The notes under the pieces: model-generated | What the model saw: only the letters and a program-made list of their open reading frames with translations | Databases searched by the model: none | Told to the model about the DNA's origin: nothing | In this document: positions 50,822 to 58,718 of the stretch, one piece after another | How the letters are laid out: each line of letters opens with the position of its first letter | Position numbering within the stretch: position 1 is the stretch's first letter | Assembly (NCBI GenBank): GCA_002238805.1 | Contig: MPNB01000002.1 | Coordinates: 14,045 to 78,044, forward strand | Direction: 5' to 3' | From: Rhodothermaceae bacterium bin80 | GTDB taxonomy: Bacteria; Bacteroidota; Rhodothermia; Rhodothermales; Bin80 | DNA length: 64,000 nucleotides | Position numbers and translations under genes: made by a program

Positions 50822-51973
50822 ATGAGTCATACACATGACCGTTCTGTGATCCGACAGATTCACTCAAACATGGCATTATCGCAGTTCTTGAACTACGGTT
50901 CCTCATCGTTAGAGCAAGCTTTGAAGAGTGACAATCAAAACCGTACCCTCCGTCCTGCTGACTCCATGCAAACTGTTAGGCTCATCTGGACCAAGCTAAC
51001 TCAGAGTTTACGGCTGTTACAGCTTCCTCATGATCCAGTTACCCGACTACTTATAGCCTGCGCAATATTACTATCGGCCTGTGAAACTACCATTGAGATT
51101 GATCCACCGGATTACGACCCGGAACTGAATGTCACTAGCAACTTCATGCCAGATTCGGTCTGGGCAGCAAGGGTCACGAGAACAATTCCGATTGGTAGCC
51201 TTGGAGATACGGCGCCGGTTTTCCTAGATAATGCGACTGTCATGATCTACAGCGACAATGTCCTCGTCGCCCGACTTATTCACGATGGTGGAGAGGATGG
51301 TTGGTATGAGTCGCCGCAAATGCGGAGGCCCCGCACAAATACGCTCTATCGAATGGTCGTTGAAGCGCCCGGATTGCCTTCGGCGTCAGCGATCTCTATG
51401 GCCCCTCCTCCCCCACGCATACTTACTGCTGAGGCAACTAAACTGGATTCCTTCGACCCCTTCCGGGGTCCCCAATATTTAGTCAGTTTCAGTCTGGCGG
51501 ACAACCCTGGTCTCAATTATTACAGTTTCAGCATTTTTCTTGCACTCCCCGAAGATGTATCCCCTATTTCCTCGGAGTACACAGTCTATCCGGTGACCAT
51601 GACCCGCGACAGCCAGCAATGGTATTGCTTCTACGGTGATGTTCTGAACCCCATTGCAAGCAGCCCCGCAGAAGACGAAGACTGCACCATCGGTATCCTG
51701 TCCGATCGATCTTTTGATGACCGGACTCGCAATTTTGATATAGTGGTCTACCTAGGTTATGATTTGGGAGATGAATTGGACACTGACTTGGTACTATACG
51801 TAATGGCCCTCAGTCCCGAATATATCGAACATCGGAGCTCTATTGAGGAACAGGACTATTTTGATGGTTTCGGACAGCCCGCTAATCTGTACACAAATTT
51901 TGAGGGCGGACGGGGAATATTTGCAGGCTACTCCACGCATTACCGTATCTTGGACTTAGCGGACACTGAGTAG
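50822..51973 (+). CDS. DUF4249-like lipoprotein (usual partner of this TonB-receptor type)
   Basis: ORF of 383 aa; lipobox RLLIACAILLSAC at residues about 76-88, so the true start may be ATG 50966; family call from position after the CarboxypepD_reg-type receptor and general resemblance. Confidence 0.6.
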   Translation: MSHTHDRSVIRQIHSNMALSQFLNYGSSSLEQALKSDNQNRTLRPADSMQTVRLIWTKLTQSLRLLQLPHDPVTRLLIACAILLSACETTIEIDPPDYDPELNVTSNFMPDSVWAARVTRTIPIGSLGDTAPVFLDNATVMIYSDNVLVARLIHDGGEDGWYESPQMRRPRTNTLYRMVVEAPGLPSASAISMAPPPPRILTAEATKLDSFDPFRGPQYLVSFSLADNPGLNYYSFSIFLALPEDVSPISSEYTVYPVTMTRDSQQWYCFYGDVLNPIASSPAEDEDCTIGILSDRSFDDRTRNFDIVVYLGYDLGDELDTDLVLYVMALSPEYIEHRSSIEEQDYFDGFGQPANLYTNFEGGRGIFAGYSTHYRILDLADTE

Positions 51974-52406
51974 CACACGCGACAGGTCCCAGTGTACAGC
52001 ATCTTATCTCGCGACCCGGAGTTGCTGCACCTCAATCTGACTCAATGCGAGGTACCAACCCCCGGAAGCAACCGGCTGGCAACTCGACATCTATCACCCC
52101 GTCGCGCCTGATTCGAGTCCATCTCGGACTGATGATCCGTCAGTTCAGGCATAGACAAAATGCGTCTGATGTACCGTGCGCAACTTCGCTCCGCAGCTCG
52201 CTGATCCGCTTCGTTGCGCGCCCCCTCCATCGAAATTATTAACTTAAATTCTAATTTCGCTGAACATCGGCCGAGGTCACATCCCGTACAGGCACAGCCT
52301 TTCTGAGGCTTCTAACTTGACGAGCAAGTAGTAATTTTTCGGCGGAATACACGCTGATGAACAACTGGCCAGCCCGGTGGTAACGGAATAGCAACCGCCG
52401 ACCGTC

Positions 52407-54383
52407 ATGATTCGTGTCGTTGCCCTTGTTCTGTTGATTGCAGCATCTAGTGCGACTGCTACACAGGCGCAGTTTCTGGGCTGTCCACTCATTGACCAGA
52501 TTACGCTGCAGGCATGCAAGGTGCTAGAAAAACTCTTCTACGATACGGACGGGTATAACTGGCGCAACGTACGCGGCTGGCTTCGGACGAACCAACCCTG
52601 TGATTGGTACGGTATCACATGCAGATCCTCGAGATGGCCAAGGGAAATCATACACATTGACCTTTCCGGCAACAACCTGACTGGTACACTGCCGGGAGAT
52701 CTGGCATTCCTGCAGGAACTGCAATCCCTTCGGATCGACAACAGTGGTCCGGGCGTCCGACTAAGAAAACTGACCGGCCAAATCCCGACAACCCTCGGAG
52801 ATCTTGAGTACCTGGAGGTTCTAACACTGGGTAATAATGCCTTCACAGGCACCATCCCGGCAGAACTCGGAAACCTGCCCAATCTTCGGGAACTAAGTCT
52901 GGAAGCTAATGAACTGGAAGGACCAATACCCGAGAGACTTGGACAATTATTGCAATTGCAGCGCCTTGATCTCAGTGAGAATCATTTGGGAGGATCAATT
53001 CCCGATACACTCCGCAATCTGACCAAGCTAGAGTACCTCAACTTGCGCCAAAATATGTTCACTGGAAACCTACCAGTATGGCTGGGAGATTTCAATATGC
53101 TCAGGTTTTTTGATGCAAGCCAAAATCAACTGTCGGGGAGGATACCGGAAGAATTCTCCAATCTAGACGAACTTCTCTGGCTATCCCTCGCTGACAACAA
53201 TCTGGAAGGCGCTCTGTCCCTCTCCATAGCCACCTTTGCTGCAGGCATAAATAACTGTGACCTGCAAGGAAATGGCGTATGCATTCCAGATGCACCCCCA
53301 TATGCCAACCTGGATCAAGTTTGCTCGCTGTCTCGAGACAATGCGTGTAAAGCATGTGAAGGGCCCAATTGCGAAAGCCTTGAATCTATCTACGTTGAGA
53401 CAGGAGGGGCGACATGGACACAAAATAATGGATGGCTCGCCAGTTCTCAGCCATGCGATTGGCATGGCGTCAACTGTACCGGTGAAGCAATAACACATTT
53501 GATCCTGCCGGATAATGGCATGGTGGGTAAGTTACCCGCCGCTCTATCGTCCATGCAAAGCCTTGAAGTCCTCGACCTATCTGGAAATAACCTTCAAGGG
53601 TCCATGCCGGCAAAGTACGCTGCACTCACCAATCTGGATATTCTGGATCTTAGCGACAACAAGCTGACGGGCGCCCTGCCACTCCAGGTCGCAGTTCTTG
53701 GCACAAAACTGTCCCAGTGCAACCTCTCAAACAATGCCGGTATCTGCGTACCCGATAGTCCAGAATATGCAGCACTTGACACTAGCCCTATCTGTCATCT
53801 CCAGCTTCGCGGAGACTGCCTGGGCTACGATCTTGTCGCTGTAAGTGAGCTGAAAGCTATGCCGGGGGAACGATCAATTCGTCTTACCTGGTCTATAACA
53901 CCATCCTCCTCCGCGATTACGTTCTTTGTCGAAAACACGCAGCAGCCACCGGTGACCATCGGCCAGGTTCAGGGGAACAGTGAGGCGCAGACCACCTTTA
54001 CGTACACCGTAGAGGATCTGGATCCAGGTCAATATTCTTTCCAGATCCGGCAAGTAACGGCCAACGGCGCCTACAGGGTTACCGGACCTGTGACTGCTGA
54101 ATTGTATGCCGAAGGCCTTGTGACAGAGAAAGCTTATCCTAATCCATTTTCCACGGAAGCCGTTCTTCAGTTCACCTCCGGCACATACGGATCAGTCGAT
54201 ATCGCACTGTATGATCTTCTTGGTCGTCGGATCCAGACTCTTTTCAGCGGCACACCTCCACTTCATCAATCAACCCGGATCAAGATCAAAGCCCATGGAC
54301 TCTCGGCCGGAACCTACATAGTGCGCAGCCGCATAGAAGATCAACCGGCATCCTCCCAGCGTATAGTATTCGTCAGGGACTAG
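52407..54383 (+). CDS. secreted leucine-rich-repeat protein (plant-type 24-residue LRRs, two LRRNT-like caps) with T9SS C-terminal sorting domain
   Basis: 658 aa; signal peptide; caps ...NQPCDWYGITC and ...SQPCDWHGVNC; LRRs such as LSGNNLTGTLPGDLAFLQELQSL and NAFTGTIPAELGNLPNLRELSL; FN3-like segment; C-terminal YPNPFSTEAVLQF...IALYDLLGRRIQTLF (Por secretion tail). Confidence 0.8.
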   Translation: MIRVVALVLLIAASSATATQAQFLGCPLIDQITLQACKVLEKLFYDTDGYNWRNVRGWLRTNQPCDWYGITCRSSRWPREIIHIDLSGNNLTGTLPGDLAFLQELQSLRIDNSGPGVRLRKLTGQIPTTLGDLEYLEVLTLGNNAFTGTIPAELGNLPNLRELSLEANELEGPIPERLGQLLQLQRLDLSENHLGGSIPDTLRNLTKLEYLNLRQNMFTGNLPVWLGDFNMLRFFDASQNQLSGRIPEEFSNLDELLWLSLADNNLEGALSLSIATFAAGINNCDLQGNGVCIPDAPPYANLDQVCSLSRDNACKACEGPNCESLESIYVETGGATWTQNNGWLASSQPCDWHGVNCTGEAITHLILPDNGMVGKLPAALSSMQSLEVLDLSGNNLQGSMPAKYAALTNLDILDLSDNKLTGALPLQVAVLGTKLSQCNLSNNAGICVPDSPEYAALDTSPICHLQLRGDCLGYDLVAVSELKAMPGERSIRLTWSITPSSSAITFFVENTQQPPVTIGQVQGNSEAQTTFTYTVEDLDPGQYSFQIRQVTANGAYRVTGPVTAELYAEGLVTEKAYPNPFSTEAVLQFTSGTYGSVDIALYDLLGRRIQTLFSGTPPLHQSTRIKIKAHGLSAGTYIVRSRIEDQPASSQRIVFVRD

Positions 54384-54505
54384 TCGAGTATACTCAGGGG
54401 ATATCAGTAGCCAACCATGCCCCAACAGATCGCATGCTTCAGGCCCCTTACGAACGTCGGGTTTTGACTCACAATGAAACAATGCCTATCCCGAACTATT
54501 CTACG

Positions 54506-54580
54506 GTTTTGTCCGCAGGTGCCAAGATAGAGCTTCCTCAACCGGCCCGTGCAGTTTTATCCACAGGTGCACAGGATAGA
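54506..54580. repeat. imperfect about 27-bp direct repeat (2 copies, about 47-bp period) upstream of hsdM
   Basis: GTTTTGTCCGCAGGTGCCAAGATAGA (54506-54531) versus GTTTTATCCACAGGTGCACAGGATAGA (54554-54580). Confidence 0.6.
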
Positions 54581-54645
54581 ATAGTGTACAGACCACAGGG
54601 AAGTGTATCATTGGGTATCTTACGCGAAATAGGGAATGAGGCAAT

Positions 54646-56232
54646 ATGACGCAGGAAAAGAAGAAATTATCTGAAAAAAAAGCCGCACCTGATGCGAACA
54701 GTGCCGTAGTTGGGTACGAAGCCGAACTCTGGGATATGGCCAACTTGCTTCGGGGAAGCATGGACGCGGCCGAATACAAGCACATCGTTTTGGGGCTAAT
54801 ATTTCTCAAGTACATATCCGACGCGTTTGAGGAAAAACGCCGCGACCTCGAAACACGAATATCCGAAGGAGATGATCAAGATAATCCAGAGGATCCTGAT
54901 CAATACCGTATGGACAACATATTCTGGGTGCCTCCCGAAGCTCGCTGGCAGGACATCCAGGCGCAGGCAAGACAACCCTCCATCGGAAGACTCATCGATA
55001 AAGCGATGATGGAAATCGAGCGCGTAAACAAGGAGCTTAAGAGTGTCCTACCGAAAGACTATGCTCGCCCAGCGCTGAATAAGCAAAGGCTCGGCCAAGT
55101 AATTGATCTTATCAGCAACATAAAAGTCGGCGACAGTAATGCGCGATCAAAGGATGTTCTGGGAAGGGTCTACGAATACTTTTTATCTCAATTTGCGAGT
55201 GCTGAAGGAAAGAGGGGCGGGGAGTTCTATACACCGCGCTGCATCGTTCGGCTTTTGGTTGAGATGATAAAACCCTATCGGGGTCGAGTCTATGATCCGT
55301 GCTGCGGCTCATCCGGCATGTTCGTGCAATCGATAGAATTTATTCGCTCACATGCTACCGGTAATGGTAATGGGGGTAAAGCACGGGGAGACATATCGAT
55401 TTATGGTCAGGAGTCGAATTATACGACATGGCGCCTAGCAAAAATGAATCTTGCCATCCGCGGCATTGAAGGTCAAATTGCACACGGCGACAGCTTCCAC
55501 AACGATAGACACCTGGATTTGAGAGCGGATTTTATCCTTGCCAATCCACCGTTTAATGTTTCTGATTGGGGAGGAGAGCGTTTGGTAGAGGATAAGCGCT
55601 GGCGCTACGGTGTGCCGCCGAAGAGTAATGCCAATTTCGCCTGGATTCAGCACATGGTTCACCATCTTGCCCCGAGGGGCGTTGCGGGGTTCGTGCTGGC
55701 CAACGGGTCTATGTCTTCGAATCAGTCCGGCGAGGGCGAGATCCGCAAGAACCTAGTCGAGGCCGAACTCGTGGACTGCATGGTCGCCCTTCCCGGCCAA
55801 CTGTTCTACTCGACACAGATTCCTGCCTGTCTTTGGTTCCTTGCACGCCGACGCAGGCGGCGCGGCGAGATCCTCTTCATTGATGCGAGGAAGCTCGGAC
55901 GGATGATGGACCGGACGCACCGCGAACTGACCGGCGAGGACATCACCCGGATCGCGGACACCTACCATGCTTGGCGAGCTACCAAGGAAGGGGGCAGCTA
56001 CGCCGATGTTCCCGGCTTCTGCAAGAGCGCCGCGCTGGACGAGGTCCGCAAGCACGGCCACATGTTGACGCCGGGCCGGTATGTGGGCGTGGAGCCGCAG
56101 AAGAACGACGGAGAACCCTTCAAGGACAAGATGAAGCGGCTGGTCGCTGAGTTTCGAGAGCAACAGGCCGAAGGTGGTCGACTTGATGCTGCGATCAACG
56201 AGAACTTGGAATCATTAGGATTCGGAGGATGA
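54646..56232 (+). CDS. hsdM: Type I restriction-modification system, N6-adenine DNA methyltransferase subunit
   Basis: 528 aa; HsdM N-domain ([32 protein letters not shown]); AdoMet box [12 protein letters not shown]; catalytic LANPPFN. Confidence 0.93.
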   Translation: MTQEKKKLSEKKAAPDANSAVVGYEAELWDMANLLRGSMDAAEYKHIVLGLIFLKYISDAFEEKRRDLETRISEGDDQDNPEDPDQYRMDNIFWVPPEARWQDIQAQARQPSIGRLIDKAMMEIERVNKELKSVLPKDYARPALNKQRLGQVIDLISNIKVGDSNARSKDVLGRVYEYFLSQFASAEGKRGGEFYTPRCIVRLLVEMIKPYRGRVYDPCCGSSGMFVQSIEFIRSHATGNGNGGKARGDISIYGQESNYTTWRLAKMNLAIRGIEGQIAHGDSFHNDRHLDLRADFILANPPFNVSDWGGERLVEDKRWRYGVPPKSNANFAWIQHMVHHLAPRGVAGFVLANGSMSSNQSGEGEIRKNLVEAELVDCMVALPGQLFYSTQIPACLWFLARRRRRRGEILFIDARKLGRMMDRTHRELTGEDITRIADTYHAWRATKEGGSYADVPGFCKSAALDEVRKHGHMLTPGRYVGVEPQKNDGEPFKDKMKRLVAEFREQQAEGGRLDAAINENLESLGFGG

Positions 56233-56239
56233 GGGGGCA

Positions 56240-56665
56240 ATGAATATAGACACTACCTTCCTGCGCCGCTGTATTGCCTCGCTAGAACGAGCGATGGAGG
56301 AAATCAAACGGCATGAGGGCGGCGACAATATCATGTACGATATCTATCGCGCCGCGTGCGTCAAGGAATTTGAACTTGTACTTGAGCAGTCCGGTAAGCT
56401 GTTGCGCAAGCTGCTGGCCGCCTGGTTTGCCAGCAACAAACAGGCCGACCGTCTCCATTTTAAGGATATCTTCCGCCATGCGGCTCGTCACGACCTGATC
56501 GCGTCTGACGCAACAGAGCGCTGGCTGCGCTATCGTGACAACCGCAATCTCACCGCTCACGACTACGGTGAAGATTTTGCGGAGCACACACTCAAGCTGC
56601 TTCCCGCATTCATTGCTGATGCGAAATCCTTGGCTGACATGCTTGATCGTACGAACGATGAGTAA
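56240..56665 (+). CDS. HEPN-domain protein, HI0074-type nucleotidyltransferase substrate-binding family (pair 1)
   Basis: 141 aa; Rx4H motif in RDNRNLTAHDY; starts 7 nt after the hsdM stop. Confidence 0.8.
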   Translation: MNIDTTFLRRCIASLERAMEEIKRHEGGDNIMYDIYRAACVKEFELVLEQSGKLLRKLLAAWFASNKQADRLHFKDIFRHAARHDLIASDATERWLRYRDNRNLTAHDYGEDFAEHTLKLLPAFIADAKSLADMLDRTNDE

Positions 56666-56990
56666 CCGGTTGCTTCTCTCTCCAAGACACCGGTGCATTT
56701 TGGAGGCGCTGTTGCGGGAGCACTTGCCCGATGTGGAGGTGTGGGCGTATGGCAGCCGCGTGAGCGGCCGGGGCCACCAAGGCAGTGATCTCGACCTCGT
56801 GCTACGGGGGCCAGGGCTCAACGAAATTCCATTCGAACGGCTGATGGACTTTAAGGATGCCGTCCGGGAATCGACGATTCCTTTTCTCGTCGAGGCGAGG
56901 GACTGGGCGAGACTGCCGGAGCGATTCCATCGGGAGATCGGGCGGGAGCATGTGGTGGTTGTGGGGCTACAGGAAATACGGACATCATAG
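56658..56990 (+). CDS. minimal nucleotidyltransferase (MNT) domain protein (pair 1)
   Basis: 110 aa from ATG 56658 (ATGAGTAA overlap with the HEPN stop); YGSRVSG...GSDLDLVL (GS and DxD motifs) ... PFLVEARDW. Confidence 0.8.
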   Translation: MSNRLLLSPRHRCILEALLREHLPDVEVWAYGSRVSGRGHQGSDLDLVLRGPGLNEIPFERLMDFKDAVRESTIPFLVEARDWARLPERFHREIGREHVVVVGLQEIRTS

Positions 56991-57199
56991 GCCGACCGTT
57001 TCGTGATGATTAGTTTTTCGGCATTGGGACTGCATTTTTCCTGATCACCTTACTTCGTACTGGTAGGAGACCTGCTTGTATCTTCCATGGAGGCGCCCTA
57101 TCTTTCGCCGTATGCAGTATAATTTTTGCGGTGTTTGAGCACGGAGAATCCCGCTGCATGTACACGCGAGGTTCGCCGTATTCCTTGGGAAGTTTTCCA

Positions 57200-57455
57200 G
57201 GCACAAACGTCGACATCGCTGGTGATATGTCCCAGAGTGCTAGGTGCTTGTGTTTGGATCTCGCGCGACTTGGACTGCAAGGACTACTAGAACCTGGATA
57301 TTGCTATCATGGGCGAGGAGCCTTTGCCGCCGCACACACACTCGGCTTTCGATGAGGAATTTGTCGATTCTGGTCTTCCGTTTAGTGTGGATATCGTAAG
57401 ATTGGCCAAGGTTAAGGATAGCTTTAGTGTCATCATCCGAAAATATGGACAATAA
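57200..57455 (+). pseudogene. decayed MNT-type nucleotidyltransferase remnant
   Basis: One frame reads VLVFGSRATWTARTT (57244-57288), bounded upstream by TAG 57241-57243. A different frame, after TAG 57288-57290, reads NLDIAIMGEEPLPPHTHSAFDEEFVDSGLPFSVDIVRLAKVKDSFSVIIRKYGQ* (57291-57455). No intact ORF joins them. Confidence 0.55.
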
Positions 57456-57507
57456 TCCTGCATTCAATGTAAAACCGTGATCGCCGTGCGGGCCTAAGGG
57501 TAGTACC

Positions 57508-57641
57508 CAAGAGAATGATGACGAATCGTTCGAGGACAGGATGGAGAGGCTGGTAGTTGAACTCCGCGAACGACAGGTGGAAGGCTTCGGTCTGATACCG
57601 TGATCCAAAAGAATTTAATGGCTTTAGGATTGGGAGGTTAA
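57508..57641 (+). pseudogene. remnant of a second hsdM 3' end (last about 45 codons, frameshifted)
   Basis: 57508-57603 reads QENDDESFEDRMERLVVELRERQVEGFGLIP*, and 57600-57641 in a shifted frame reads VIQKNLMALGLGG*. Compare the intact hsdM C-terminus [44 protein letters not shown]. Confidence 0.7.
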
Positions 57642-57647
57642 TAGCTT

Positions 57648-58061
57648 ATGAGTAACTCAGACGAACAGCACTGGCAGCAGCGGCTAAACAATCTCGGGAC
57701 TGCATTCGTACAGTTGACGGATGTCTGTGAACGCGAATGGTACGACAATCTGGAGCTTGCAGGGCTGATCAAGACGTTCAAGTTCTGTTTCGGGCTATCG
57801 TGGAACGTTCTAGAGGATTTATTCCTCTATGAGGAGTATGATGCGAAGGTGCCACGAGCGGTGATTTGCAAGAGCTTTGATGTTGATTATATTGACGAGA
57901 GCGATTGCGAGACACTGCTTGACGCCTTGGATAAACGTGATCTGTTGAGTCATGTATACTTGAGTGATGTCGCTCGGGAAGCTGAGGTGCTGATCAAAGG
58001 ACACTACTATCCGGTCCTCCTTCGGCTCCACCAGAATCTAGATGCCAGACGAACGCAATGA
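57648..58061 (+). CDS. HEPN-domain protein, HI0074-type family (pair 2)
   Basis: 137 aa; Rx4H motif in KRDLLSHVY; starts 6 nt after the stop of the hsdM 3' remnant. Confidence 0.75.
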   Translation: MSNSDEQHWQQRLNNLGTAFVQLTDVCEREWYDNLELAGLIKTFKFCFGLSWNVLEDLFLYEEYDAKVPRAVICKSFDVDYIDESDCETLLDALDKRDLLSHVYLSDVAREAEVLIKGHYYPVLLRLHQNLDARRTQ

Positions 58062-58429
58062 CGGGCAGTCTCAAGGACATGCATCGCGATGCGATTATTT
58101 CCAAACTAGCGGCCAACGATTGCGTGGAGCGGGCAGTGCTATTTGGATCCAGAGCAATGGTAACGGACGCTGTGTCATCCGATGAGGTCATCGTATTATT
58201 TGGTAATCGGCTGACACTGACGGATCAGGTGCGCTTGGCCGCAGCATTGGACGAGATCCCGATGGCACAATCGGTTGACCTGAGTCTATATGATTCAATA
58301 CGTGACAGGGCGTCAGAGAGTCATATTCGGAATCACGGTATTGAGTGGTTTGCGCGCCCGATGGCAATACCCAGCGCTCGCGCCATATCACCGTCCGATA
58401 TACGGGAATCAGTCCACTTGGGGCAGTAA
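58058..58429 (+). CDS. MNT-domain nucleotidyltransferase (pair 2), catalytic DxD apparently degenerate
   Basis: 123 aa; ATGA overlap with the HEPN gene; AVLFGSRA (GS motif) but SSDEVIVLF where DxD is expected; unusually long C-terminal tail. Confidence 0.65.
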   Translation: MTGSLKDMHRDAIISKLAANDCVERAVLFGSRAMVTDAVSSDEVIVLFGNRLTLTDQVRLAAALDEIPMAQSVDLSLYDSIRDRASESHIRNHGIEWFARPMAIPSARAISPSDIRESVHLGQ

Positions 58430-58442
58430 AAGTTCGGCGAGT

Positions 58443-58718
58443 GACCTTACAGCAGAAGATCACAAGACCATTCAATAGTTGCTAGATGAGCATCTCCCGA
58501 GCACAGGTGTCTGGATTAACGGTTCTGGAGCAAAGTGGATCTCCGCCCCAAAATCAGTTTTGGACCTTGTGGTGTTCACGACACCTGAGCAGCAGCAAGA
58601 GATCAATGACTTACGAAAAACATTCGAAGAGAGTAATTTGCCGTTTCGGGTAGATCTCTCCATTTGGGAAGAAATGTCAGAAAACTTTCACGAAGACTAT
58701 ATCGTTTTGGCTAACAGA
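58443..58718 (+). pseudogene. third, decayed MNT-like segment with in-frame TAG, continuous in frame with hsdS
   Basis: DLTAEDHKTIQ-TAG(58476-58478)-LLDEHLPSTGVWINGSGAKWISAPKSVLDLVVF...NLPFRVDLSIWEEMSENFHEDYIVLANRV is colinear with MNT pair 1 (LSPRHRCILEALLREHLPDVEVWAYGSRVSGRGHQGSDLDLVL...IPFLVEARDWARLPERFHREIGREHVVV); GS and DxD motifs are degraded. Confidence 0.6.

Noticed and set aside
54434-54649. 71-aa ORF immediately upstream of hsdM, considered as a possible controller or antitoxin gene
   Set aside because: Its sequence is largely the translation of the two direct repeats (VLSAGAKIE / VLSTGAQDR). It has no helix-turn-helix or other motif, so it is more likely non-coding.
56282-56821. 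179-aa minus-strand ORF spanning the first HEPN/MNT pair
   Set aside because: It is antisense to two ORFs with clear Rx4H and GS/DxD motifs and shows no motif of its own. I treat it as a shadow ORF.
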